A stretch of 38,949 nt of DNA from contig CAJQMY010000008.1 of the NCBI GenBank assembly GCA_905479565.1, forward strand, positions 1 to 38,949, read 5' to 3'. The notes beneath the pieces are model-generated. The model saw nothing but the letters and a program-made list of their open reading frames with translations. It had not been told where the DNA came from and ran no database searches. Source of the stretch: an uncultured Candidatus Nitrosopumilus sp. GTDB taxonomy: Archaea; Thermoproteota; Nitrososphaeria; Nitrososphaerales; Nitrosopumilaceae. Position numbers and translations under genes: made by a program. Shown in pieces: positions 16,319-24,621 of this stretch; position 1 is the stretch's first letter, and each line of letters starts with the position of its first letter.

Positions 16319-16975
16319 CTAAGATCTTTTTGGAGGTTTTTTTGATTTTTTTCTGAGAATTATTAATGTTGGAACAATAAATAACCCAATTAGAATCAAA
16401 ATGAAAAATACAATTGAATTATAATCATTCACAAATAATTTTGTGTCAAGCCAAGCTTTAGGTAAAATTGTAAAAAAATCAACAAATGAAAAATCCTCAA
16501 TAGTTCCAATGGCTAAACTATATTTTCCACTTTGATTTTTTTCATCCATTACAGCAAGAAAATATGTTCCATCTGCTGGAATTACTGTTTTAAATTCCTG
16601 TCTTTCCCAATATGTTGTCTGACCAAATGGCTCATAGAACTCATCACCTGGAAAATTTTTTTCATAATTGATTTTCTTCTTCTCAAAATTATCATCACCT
16701 ACAAAAACAAGAGTTGGAGAATATTCTTCCAAACCATCAATTTTAGGAACTACAATACTTGCAAAAAATGAATCTCCTTTATTGGCCTCAAAAGTGTAAA
16801 ACTTTGCTTCATTTTCTCCTAAATTTTCATAAATTACCCAAGAAACTTCATGATCTGGAATTTTGAGGGCCAATTCAAAATTTCGATGAGCATCATCATG
16901 GCTAATTAATTTGTGCCCATATGCAGGATTTAATGAAACAAGAGTAACAAAAAATAAAATCAATATTTTTTTCAT
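16319..16975 (-). CDS. secreted beta-rich protein with a C-terminal TM anchor and basic tail
   Basis: The signal peptide is MKKILILFFVTLVSLNPAYG. The C-terminus is IVFFILILIGLFIVPTLIILRKKSKKPPKRS. Confidence 0.6.
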   Translation of the reverse strand: MKKILILFFVTLVSLNPAYGHKLISHDDAHRNFELALKIPDHEVSWVIYENLGENEAKFYTFEANKGDSFFASIVVPKIDGLEEYSPTLVFVGDDNFEKKKINYEKNFPGDEFYEPFGQTTYWERQEFKTVIPADGTYFLAVMDEKNQSGKYSLAIGTIEDFSFVDFFTILPKAWLDTKLFVNDYNSIVFFILILIGLFIVPTLIILRKKSKKPPKRS

Positions 16976-17082
16976 AACGCTGGTTTAGAGAATTCGTATT
17001 TTAACTGCAGACGATTTTTTTCATATTGGCACTAGGATGAATTAAGAATGTTCTTCATATAGAAAGAAAATTAATTTTACTC

Positions 17083-17205
17083 ATGAAAAGATTCGGAATT
17101 CAAATGTGCAATAGTTGTGGAAAAGAATTTCACGAGTGGTCTTGTGACTATTGCTATGCCAAAATCATTATTAACCAAATTGAGGATTTATTGTGTTCCA
17201 AATAG
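17083..17205 (+). CDS. mini zinc-ribbon protein (40 aa), below the ORF-track cutoff
   Basis: MKRFGIQMCNSCGKEFHEWSCDYCYAKIIINQIEDLLCSK* has CxxC...CxxC. It is preceded by TTGGCACTAG (17026-17035) and a TATA-like CATATAGAAA about 25 nt upstream. Confidence 0.4.
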   Translation: MKRFGIQMCNSCGKEFHEWSCDYCYAKIIINQIEDLLCSK

Positions 17206-17216
17206 GAGAAATATAG

Positions 17217-17627
17217 ATGGAACAAACTATTTCAGACACAAAAATTCCGATAAGAATCGCTTTTGTAAAGCCTGATGGAACACCCAACATCATATCATTA
17301 TGGTATGAACAGATCGAGGGGAAAATTTATTGTGCAACAACAAAAACGGCAAAGATTGTTTCGCATCTTCAGAATAATCCAAAATGCGGTTTTGAGATAG
17401 CAACGGACAAGCCACCATACAAAGGCACCAGAGGAACAGGGCATGTAAAGATTATAGAAAGCCAAGGACAAGAAATTCTTAAAATTTTAATGAAGAAATA
17501 TTTAGGAAGTAAGGAATCAACACTATCAAGATATTTGAACGATAATTCAGAAGCCGAAGTAGCACTAGAAATTTTACCTCAAAATATTTTCAATTATGAT
17601 TATTCAAAAAGAATGAAGGACGTTTGA
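17217..17627 (+). CDS. pyridoxamine 5'-phosphate oxidase-family FMN-binding protein
   Basis: 136 aa. ...IRIAFVKPDGTPNIISLWYEQIEGKIYCATTKTAKIVSHLQNNPKCGFEIA... fits the split-barrel PNPOx-like pattern. Confidence 0.7.
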   Translation: MEQTISDTKIPIRIAFVKPDGTPNIISLWYEQIEGKIYCATTKTAKIVSHLQNNPKCGFEIATDKPPYKGTRGTGHVKIIESQGQEILKILMKKYLGSKESTLSRYLNDNSEAEVALEILPQNIFNYDYSKRMKDV

Positions 17628-17630
17628 TTT

Positions 17631-17756
17631 ATGATAGACGAGGGATGTCCAACATGCAATTCAAGGAGACATGCACTATCAAAAGTAGATAGTAATGGAG
17701 ATGGCAGTATTCAGTTTTTAAAATGTCAAAACTGTAGAAAAATTTGGATACCTTAA
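17631..17756 (+). CDS. mini zinc-ribbon protein (41 aa), below the ORF-track cutoff
   Basis: MIDEGCPTCNSRRHALSKVDSNGDGSIQFLKCQNCRKIWIP* has CPxC...CxxC. It starts 3 nt after the stop of 17217-17627. Confidence 0.45.
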   Translation: MIDEGCPTCNSRRHALSKVDSNGDGSIQFLKCQNCRKIWIP

Positions 17757-17760
17757 ATTA

Positions 17761-17796
17761 TTAGCACTAGTCAAAATTTTAGCCCTAGATTAAATA
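17761..17796 (+). promoter_or_regulatory. promoter of 17826-18179: TTAGCACTAG - N8 - TTAGCCCTAG - ATTAAATA
   Basis: Boxes are at 17761-17770 and 17779-17788 (18-bp spacing). The second box abuts the TATA at 17789-17796. Confidence 0.5.
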
Positions 17797-17825
17797 TCAT
17801 AAAATGTAATCCATATTGAAAGGAA

Positions 17826-18179
17826 ATGCAACAAACGAAATACAAACAGACCCCACAACTGAAATTTTTAGCAATAGTGGTTGTGGCCACTTCAGTGATA
17901 CTAATTTTCACGATAGCTCCCTGGAACATTCTTCCAGCATCAGTCTCTGAAGAAGTGTCAGTAATCGCTGTAACGGATTATGGTTGTGTGGGTGAGTCAA
18001 GTCTTGGAAGATCAGTTGTTGTTTCAGACTGTGATGCAAGTGTTGGAGATATTGTTTCTGCAACATTTTACATTCCAGCAGGAGAAACAAACGGATACCT
18101 GAAGGAACTTGAAAAAAGACAAAACCCAATGGTAGACGCGTGGGACAGTAGTGTCAGCGGTAAAGGATTCTCGCCATAA
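17826..18179 (+). CDS. membrane-anchored extracytoplasmic protein, hypothetical
   Basis: 117 aa. It has an N-terminal anchor LKFLAIVVVATSVILIFTIAPW followed by a small Cys-containing domain. Confidence 0.5.
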   Translation: MQQTKYKQTPQLKFLAIVVVATSVILIFTIAPWNILPASVSEEVSVIAVTDYGCVGESSLGRSVVVSDCDASVGDIVSATFYIPAGETNGYLKELEKRQNPMVDAWDSSVSGKGFSP

Positions 18180-18224
18180 TTTTTTTATTTTTCTAAAATT
18201 ACATCATTTTTTGTAAAGAAAACT

Positions 18225-18335
18225 AAAGGCGCAAACCCCTAACTGCAAAACTCTGAGAGATTTCCTCTCGTTGTCAAACGTCTAAACGCCTGATTGCCTT
18301 TTTTGTTTTGCGGGGCAGCGCGGTCTAATCGCCAG
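18225..18335. ncRNA. candidate structured RNA or conserved non-coding element (class unknown)
   Basis: This is a GC-enriched patch in a 660-bp ORF-free gap. GCGC-aaa-CCCC (18229-18239) can pair with GGGG-ca-GCGC (18312-18321). That stem would enclose the hairpin GAGAG-atttc-CTCTC (18255-18269), with a small hairpin GCG-gtctaat-CGC (18320-18332) overlapping its 3' end. The strand is undetermined. Confidence 0.25.
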
Positions 18336-18840
18336 ATTTTATAACTAACGACATCATATAGTATAGAACAAATAACTATTTAACATTTAGTATGAATAAT
18401 TTGATAAAACCTAAGGTATTTTTGTAAATTATAACATAGTTTCGACAAAAACATCTTTCAGCATTTAAAAATACAAGACAGCCATACAAGTAGGAAACAC
18501 ATCCCAGGCATCAATGCAGAATATCAGCGATTAAGTCATGGGAAGACAGACCATAACAATTGGTCACAATCTAGAAAAAAAATAAGCGGATTTCAATTAA
18601 AAAAATACAAAAATAAAATTACACATTTAATCATTCAAATGCATTGAACGGTTTTCTACGAAAAGATATACAATTTACAAAAATATATTTTCAAGAAATT
18701 CTGCAAAAAAAGTGTTAATTGGTTAGATTGGGAATATACTGAATACCAATCGTTCTAATTTTGAATGATTAAAACGGTTTGACATTCAAAATGGAATGCT
18801 GATACCAATTAACAATACAACTCTTTAGTGGCATTTCAAA

Positions 18841-19110
18841 ATGAAGCATATGGGCAGATCAATATTCATCAAGGAAATAATCACGATTCTGAAAGAACCT
18901 AGGCTATGTCCCACATGTCAAAAAGAAGACAGATTAGAAAAAGACATCGTCAGAGAAGGTCGCTCGAATGGAAAGACACTTCTATGTTCTAGATGTGAAG
19001 CGTTAATTGTAATTACGAATTACAATCTCAAAACGGTAAATTTGTCATCCACCAAAGATGATACAATTATGCTAAAAGAGCCGCACTTGATTAGAAAAGT
19101 AAGCTACTGA
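18841..19110 (+). CDS. hypothetical zinc-ribbon protein
   Basis: 89 aa with CPTC...CSRC. Confidence 0.45.
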   Translation: MKHMGRSIFIKEIITILKEPRLCPTCQKEDRLEKDIVREGRSNGKTLLCSRCEALIVITNYNLKTVNLSSTKDDTIMLKEPHLIRKVSY

Positions 19111-19479
19111 TCAGGTTTTCTTTGAATAGGTCTTCTTTGTTGTCGGCTTTTTAACGGTAAATTTTTTCTTGGACAATCTCTTTCTGGTTTGATTCTCTGC
19201 ACTGTCAGGGGCCAACCGTGTAGATAGCAATCCTTCCTTGTCTTCAAGGAGCATAGAAATTATACGGGGTCGAATGCACCGGGCAACTTCCCAATCACGT
19301 AAATTCGCATTCTTTGATTCTTCTTTAATGATAAGGCCTGCCAACCCGTTACTCCAAATATGTCGTCTTGTATCATAAACCTCAATTATTTTTCCATGTT
19401 TAGTAATCTTGATTGCCCCATGACATCTCTGAACCACCTGCTCCGCTACACTCTGATAGAGTTTTTCAAGATTCGCCAA
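19111..19479 (-). CDS. hypothetical protein with a lysine-rich C-terminal tail
   Basis: 122 aa with a TTG start. The tail RKRLSKKKFTVKKPTTKKTYSKKT resembles the tail of ORF 27594-29033. Confidence 0.5.
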   Translation of the reverse strand: MANLEKLYQSVAEQVVQRCHGAIKITKHGKIIEVYDTRRHIWSNGLAGLIIKEESKNANLRDWEVARCIRPRIISMLLEDKEGLLSTRLAPDSAENQTRKRLSKKKFTVKKPTTKKTYSKKT

Positions 19480-19638
19480 TAATCATATTGGAATTGTATC
19501 ATGTGAAAAAGCTTCTGATTTTCAGATTGAATGATAATATATTCTAGATAAGATAATGAAAATTGCTGATGATTAATCAACCTTCTAAGCTATAACTGAT
19601 AGATGATGTGTATTGCCGAATTATGAAGCATTTTTTAA

Positions 19639-20026
19639 TTAAATTTCGCGTTCATCTACATTCACTGTCATGAATAGTGGAGGAGACAGCGCAGAAGGAT
19701 CATCAATACTCTCCCAAACATATACCTGAATGTGATACGCTCCAGATTCGGCATACATCCAAGATTGTGCAGGGAAAAATGACTGTCCAGGAGATAAAGA
19801 TCCAGTCAACCAAGACAATGAAATTACAACATCATGATCATTTCTCACTTGTGTGACATATGCAAAGTTTTGTTGCATGTCTTGATTGTTTGAAATATCA
19901 GCCATTATCATGATTTGCTCATCAACAAAGTGGATTTTATCTTCAGATGAAGTTTGTGCAATTATCGGATCAGCAAATGCCACACTCATTCCGGACACAA
20001 TGAAAAGTAAAGAGAAGAATTTTCAC
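19639..20026 (-). CDS. secreted protein, hypothetical, with the 5' end frame-shifted in this assembly
   Basis: Directly upstream of the track ORF (19639-19998), the same frame reads KFFSLLFIVSGMSVAFA|DP, a signal peptide preceded by TGA. The GTG at 20026 is one frame off. Removing one T from the T4 run (20020-20023) gives MKFFSLLFIVSGMSVAFA. Confidence 0.55.
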
Positions 20027-20062
20027 AACCAGTATTAGTGGGATGCATATTTAATTTATCTA

Positions 20063-20269
20063 ATGGGCAATGAACTTCCCGAGAATTTTCCAGAATTTTC
20101 AATAATGTACAAGACGCTAACTAGTCAAATAAACAAACTAAAAAAAGACAAAGAGAATCTCAAAGATAAAGAAAGAGAAGAGATAGAATTGAAAATTCAA
20201 ATCTATGAATCAGAAATAATTAAGATTAAGAAAAAATTTCCAGATAACTTCTTTGATGAATTAAATTAA
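20063..20269 (+). CDS. small helical protein, member of a local paralog family
   Basis: 68 aa. YKTLTSQINKLKKDKE...IIKIKKKFPDNF parallels YYKSLIKVISDLQKEKK...KKRIRDMFPDIK of ORF 25690-25926. Confidence 0.5.
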   Translation: MGNELPENFPEFSIMYKTLTSQINKLKKDKENLKDKEREEIELKIQIYESEIIKIKKKFPDNFFDELN

Positions 20270-20488
20270 TCATTCGTGTGCATGATCATGACCGCAATCA
20301 CAAGAGTTATCATCACTTTTTTGAGACATTAGCTGTTGGACCATATCATCTCTAATTTTTAACAAATCTCCAACTTGTTGTTTCAGAGATTCCGAATCCC
20401 AGTGTCCCCGATGTAGTTCTCTAACCACATCGATTATATCAAGATCAACATTAAGCAGGTTATCCATTATCTGTTCTTGCTTATTCAT
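20270..20488 (-). CDS. small hypothetical protein with a C-terminal Cys/His cluster
   Basis: 72 aa ending in CDCGHDHAHE. Confidence 0.45.
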   Translation of the reverse strand: MNKQEQIMDNLLNVDLDIIDVVRELHRGHWDSESLKQQVGDLLKIRDDMVQQLMSQKSDDNSCDCGHDHAHE

Positions 20489-20538
20489 AACATCTCAATT
20501 ATGCACTAGGAAAAAAATGATTCTAATCAAAAGTAATT

Positions 20539-20979
20539 TTATTCAGCTTCCATGCTTTCCTTTAGGAGATTCTTCCTAACCAGAATTGGGATGTTGTAAA
20601 ATGTACCCAATGCCATAGCATCTGAAGCACGATAATTTCTCAATACGAGGTCTTTCTTACCTGTAAAATAGAGATTTGCGCGTAGCACGTCACCGCTCTC
20701 ATAGATTTTAACCTTAACTAGAACCAATTCGTTTTGCTCGCAGATTTCTTCAATCATCTTGTAAATAGAGGGTAAAGCCTCACCTTCAGTTTCTCCAAAA
20801 CTTGAGATGTGTTTTGCAACTTCGCCAGAAAATGCCCTCATATGGAATTCCTTGCCATCATCAGCTTTTAGAACGGCCATACCTTCGACGGCATATGGAT
20901 CTACAAATCCAATATAATCAATTTTTACAGATTCATAATCAGGCTCCTGTGCTTGATCAATTTCCATTGTACTACGCAT
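20539..20979 (-). CDS. bifunctional nuclease (BFN / DUF151) family protein
   Basis: 146 aa. ...AVLKADDGKEFHMRAFSGEVAKHI..., LPSIYKMIEEI and VLRNYRASDAMALGTFYNIPILV match the BFN domain pattern. Confidence 0.7.
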   Translation of the reverse strand: MRSTMEIDQAQEPDYESVKIDYIGFVDPYAVEGMAVLKADDGKEFHMRAFSGEVAKHISSFGETEGEALPSIYKMIEEICEQNELVLVKVKIYESGDVLRANLYFTGKKDLVLRNYRASDAMALGTFYNIPILVRKNLLKESMEAE

Positions 20980-21112
20980 AAACTTCCTGCTCAGTGCTTA
21001 TAAAGATAGCAAAAAATGGAGATCAAAATCGGGAATAGGTAAATTATTTTTTTAACGATCACTTCTCATGCGTAACCCCAAATTATTTAAAATCCTCAAC
21101 TAAGGTAGCTTA

Positions 21113-22927
21113 ATGTCAACTAATCCAGAACGTGCAGTGTCATATGTTCTCAGCAAGTTCGTTACAAATTACATGGACAAAGACGTATTGATTCTAGGAC
21201 TGGATACACAGACTAGAGAAGCTGCCAGAATGTTACGGCATTATGAAACAGACGACATTATTGTCACAGACAAAAACAATCTTCCTGTAGGAATTGTCAC
21301 AGACGAGGATATTCTAAGCAAAGTCAGCGACGTTACAGTTTACGCAGAAGCTACGACACTGAAAGATGTCATGAGCACCCCTCTAATTACAATTAATGAA
21401 AAATCAACATTACAAGACGCATTACACAAAATGAGAGATAACAATATCAGGAAACTCCCAGTTCTATCAAAGAAAAACCTGGTTGTCGGGATGATTTTCC
21501 AAACAGTAATTGCAAATGTCATCAGAGATGCAACATCTACAGCTCCGCGTCTTCTTAGTCCACCTGTAAAAGCAATTCTTGGTAATTTGGGATTCGTATT
21601 ACAATTTGCAGGCGTGTTACTTTTGGTGCCAGCAATTGTTGCAACGTTATTAGAAGATCCATTAACGGCTACAGGGATTTATCTAACTACCGTCCTCTTA
21701 CTGGTGACAGGGTTTTTCCTGAATTCTTATGGTGAGAAATCCAGTCTGAATCTTCGACAAGCGTCAGTTTTAGTGTTTTCAAGTCTGTTTTTACTGACTT
21801 TGTTTGGGACAGTTCCATACCTGTACGTGTTGCCAAGTGATGAGACAAATGTACAGGTATTTAGTAATGCATTCTTTTCAAGTGCAGCAGGATTTACCAC
21901 AGGCGGAATATCATTATTTGATGAGCCAGAAAAATTGACTCAGAGTTTCACCTTCTTTAGAAGCTATACGCAGCTTGTAGGAGGAATGAGTTTCATTTAC
22001 TTGGTAATTACTGCATTTTATCCCGAATCAAAATTACAATCAATGCGCGGTTTTATTTCTGGAAGAACACTTCACATGAAAGAATTATTCTTAACCATCA
22101 CAGTAATCTTTGGAATCTACATTGTGATTATTGCATCATTGTTGTATCTGTTTCATGGAGGAAACATCATAGATAATTTTTCATTGGCCATGAGCACGCT
22201 TGCAACAGGAGGATTTACGCCCACATCGACAATTCTTGAAGAATTAGTTTGGCAAGAGCACGTTATCTTGATGGGCGCAATGATACTCGGGGCATTACCG
22301 TTTACATTCCACTATGCGTTTGTAAGAAAAAAATTCCTCTCGCCAAAACTTGGAAAAGAAGTGTTGGCTTATTTTGCAATACTAGGAGGTGCGATAATTT
22401 TGTTTGTAGGAATAAGCGGATTGGATCCAATGCAGAGTGCATTCTATTCAGTTTCAGCCAGTACAACGGCAGGACTCCAAATTGATAGTCTTGCAGGATT
22501 GAATGGAGGAGCGCACACTATTTTGATAATTCTGATGTTTATCGGCGGCTGTGGTTTCTCTACCGCGGGAGGTTTGAAAATATTTAGATTGTTTCACCTA
22601 AAAGATGTCAGGGCATTACTCAGCAAAGCGAAACGTGCAGAACTCTCAACTCAAGCAAAAAAAGAAGTGATATCCACTCTAATCATTCTGGCATTATTTC
22701 CCACAATTTCAGCGATTGCAGGATTGCACCTTGCAGAAATAGAGGATGTTCCATTTCAAGATGCATTTTTTGAAGCAGCTGGGGTAATTACCACCGGCGG
22801 ATTATCAGCAGGAGTAATTGATTTTGACACGGATCCTGCAACAAAAATTGTGCTAGGATTCCTGATGATATTTGGCAGACTAGAGATAATCGCAATCATT
22901 TACATTTTTGTGCCCAGACTAAGCTAA
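21113..22927 (+). CDS. trkH: TrkH/KtrB-family cation (K+) transporter with an N-terminal CBS pair
   Basis: 604 aa. Residues 1-140 form two CBS motifs (…DIIVTDKNNLPVGIVTDEDIL…, …NIRKLPVLSKKNLVVGMI…). The rest is a polytopic membrane domain with repeated pore-loop motifs TTGG/TGGF/STAGG/TTGG. Confidence 0.87.
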   Translation: MSTNPERAVSYVLSKFVTNYMDKDVLILGLDTQTREAARMLRHYETDDIIVTDKNNLPVGIVTDEDILSKVSDVTVYAEATTLKDVMSTPLITINEKSTLQDALHKMRDNNIRKLPVLSKKNLVVGMIFQTVIANVIRDATSTAPRLLSPPVKAILGNLGFVLQFAGVLLLVPAIVATLLEDPLTATGIYLTTVLLLVTGFFLNSYGEKSSLNLRQASVLVFSSLFLLTLFGTVPYLYVLPSDETNVQVFSNAFFSSAAGFTTGGISLFDEPEKLTQSFTFFRSYTQLVGGMSFIYLVITAFYPESKLQSMRGFISGRTLHMKELFLTITVIFGIYIVIIASLLYLFHGGNIIDNFSLAMSTLATGGFTPTSTILEELVWQEHVILMGAMILGALPFTFHYAFVRKKFLSPKLGKEVLAYFAILGGAIILFVGISGLDPMQSAFYSVSASTTAGLQIDSLAGLNGGAHTILIILMFIGGCGFSTAGGLKIFRLFHLKDVRALLSKAKRAELSTQAKKEVISTLIILALFPTISAIAGLHLAEIEDVPFQDAFFEAAGVITTGGLSAGVIDFDTDPATKIVLGFLMIFGRLEIIAIIYIFVPRLS

Positions 22928-23222
22928 AACTCTAGAATTTCTATAATTCATAGCCAGTTTGGCAATAGATTTTGAGATTAAAATGTAAAAATTTGTGTAA
23001 CGAATCCAAAAAACATGGCATTATCAATACAGTTAACTTATGATAATTCATGAGCATTCTTAAAAAACAAGTCAGAATTAGATGCTTTCATGAAACATAG
23101 CAAATCATGCTTTAGAGCAGATGAAGAAATCCACAGAGCAAAAGATAATTTTACGAATTTACAAAGTATACCCACTCATATTGTAGGATAGAATTTAATG
23201 GCATAATACAAGATTATAATTT

Positions 23223-24050
23223 GTGGAGACTGGCATCAAAGAGCATACAAACCAAGGAAAAAAATTAATCATTTTAGGATTTGTCACTATTGGAATCTTA
23301 TTTTTTATGTATGGCAGGTACCAAGATCCTCAACTCCTAACTCCCAGTGCCATAGACACCATACAAAGAATCGCCTATGGATTTTACATCATTCTAATGA
23401 TTTCGTTTGGAGCCATTGCATTTGGAATGTATCGCTACCATAGAGAAAAAGTTGAAATCAAAGGAAAGGATATCTCCTCAATAATTGCATTAACCACATG
23501 GAATTCAAAATCTCGAAAAATCTTTGTTGTGACATTTATCGGGTATGGAATATTTTTTTCACTAGTTTCAGGAACACTAGTGTATCAACCAGAAGTTGAC
23601 TTTTCATATCATTATGGGGCCACCATTCCTTCAGGATTCATTGCCCCATGTTGCGACGGACCAGGATACATGCCACAGGTCATCATATACCTTACAGAAC
23701 ATGTAGGATTGAACATAATACCAATCAACCTAGTGTTACAGATTATCGTTTCATATTTAGTCGGATTAAATGCTTCAATTGCAGTTAATGCGTACACAAT
23801 TTCTAAGAAAGGCAGAGGCGCAAGTGGCATAGGGGCAATAGCAGGATTGTTCATTGCATGTCCAACTTGCGCGGGATCATTTTTGTCGATATTCATCGGG
23901 ACTGCAAGTGGAATTGCATTATCAATCGCATTAACTCAACTACAAACATTTTTTATTGCAATTTCGATACCCATCTTGCTAGTAACTCCATACATTATGG
24001 CAAAAAAATTGCGAAATGTAGATGGCAGTTGTAAGATTAATCCGGATTAA
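23223..24050 (+). CDS. polytopic membrane protein with CCDGPG and CPTC motifs, hypothetical
   Basis: 275 aa with a GTG start and about 6 hydrophobic helices. Conserved-looking Cys motifs are APCCDGPGYMP and ACPTCAGSF. Confidence 0.55.
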   Translation: METGIKEHTNQGKKLIILGFVTIGILFFMYGRYQDPQLLTPSAIDTIQRIAYGFYIILMISFGAIAFGMYRYHREKVEIKGKDISSIIALTTWNSKSRKIFVVTFIGYGIFFSLVSGTLVYQPEVDFSYHYGATIPSGFIAPCCDGPGYMPQVIIYLTEHVGLNIIPINLVLQIIVSYLVGLNASIAVNAYTISKKGRGASGIGAIAGLFIACPTCAGSFLSIFIGTASGIALSIALTQLQTFFIAISIPILLVTPYIMAKKLRNVDGSCKINPD

Positions 24051-24295
24051 AATTTCTTTACTTCAGGAGTCTTATGATTCCCAATATCATACCCATCGCG
24101 TCGCAAAAATTTTAGAGTAAGTTTGTAAACAATTTCGTCATGATCAACTTTTTCTAAAACCTCAGTCCAGAGAACCTTACCATGGTTCTCAATGATTTTT
24201 TTAAAATCTGGATTCAATGATTCTGCCATATCTCTGCATTGATCAAATGTTTTACCATTTTTGTAAGCACGAACACGCCTATCGCAGCTAGTCAT
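24047..24295 (-). CDS. hypothetical protein
   Basis: 82-aa ORF, convergent with 23223-24050. Confidence 0.45.
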   Translation of the reverse strand: MTSCDRRVRAYKNGKTFDQCRDMAESLNPDFKKIIENHGKVLWTEVLEKVDHDEIVYKLTLKFLRRDGYDIGNHKTPEVKKF

Positions 24296-24372
24296 ACATG
24301 GGCTTAATCAAAATCATAAATAAACCTAGTATCAATAACTTCAAACAAATACTAGATTAAAGATTGTAAAAT

Positions 24373-24606
24373 ATGGCAATAAAAACAATTGAAGAATATA
24401 TTGATTTTTTTATAAATCTGAACATGGGTGAAAATGTGCCATTGTTAAGTTTTGTAAACAATGAAAGGATGGTGCTCAAGCAAAAATTGGAATACAAGAA
24501 TTTAGAAAAAGAGCCAATTAAAAAAGGAATCGAGATATTAGAAAAATTAGTAACGGAGATTAGCGAGATGGGCGAGAAAAAAGTAATTGAGAAATATCAA
24601 AAATAA
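24373..24606 (+). CDS. small helical hypothetical protein
   Basis: 77-aa ORF. Upstream, ATACTAG abuts the TATA-like ATTAAAGA (24349-24363). Confidence 0.45.
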   Translation: MAIKTIEEYIDFFINLNMGENVPLLSFVNNERMVLKQKLEYKNLEKEPIKKGIEILEKLVTEISEMGEKKVIEKYQK

Positions 24607-24621
24607 GTTTTAGGAGAGACA

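Noticed and set aside
18251-18300. CUGAGA plus ACGCCUGAU strings suggesting a TPP riboswitch
   Set aside because: The order of elements does not fit the TPP aptamer. The CCCC partner precedes CUGAGA rather than following it, there is no GGGG-P2/P3 arrangement, and there is no pyrophosphate-sensor helix. No thiamine gene lies downstream either.
18311-18335. GCG-GTCTAAT-CGC as a tRNA T-arm or tRNA-derived attachment site
   Set aside because: The stem is only 3 bp and the loop deviates from TTCRANY. No acceptor, D or anticodon arms can be built on either strand.
20498-20510. ATTATGCACTAGG as another promoter box
   Set aside because: It is oriented away from the only adjacent start (20488, minus strand). 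No TATA box follows on the plus strand, and there is no plus-strand gene downstream. It is recorded as a motif occurrence only.
22249-22485. Alternative-frame plus-strand ORF inside the TrkH gene, and minus-strand ORF 21340-21522
   Set aside because: They overlap a gene with strong family motifs. Their composition (R/C-rich) is atypical for this genome.
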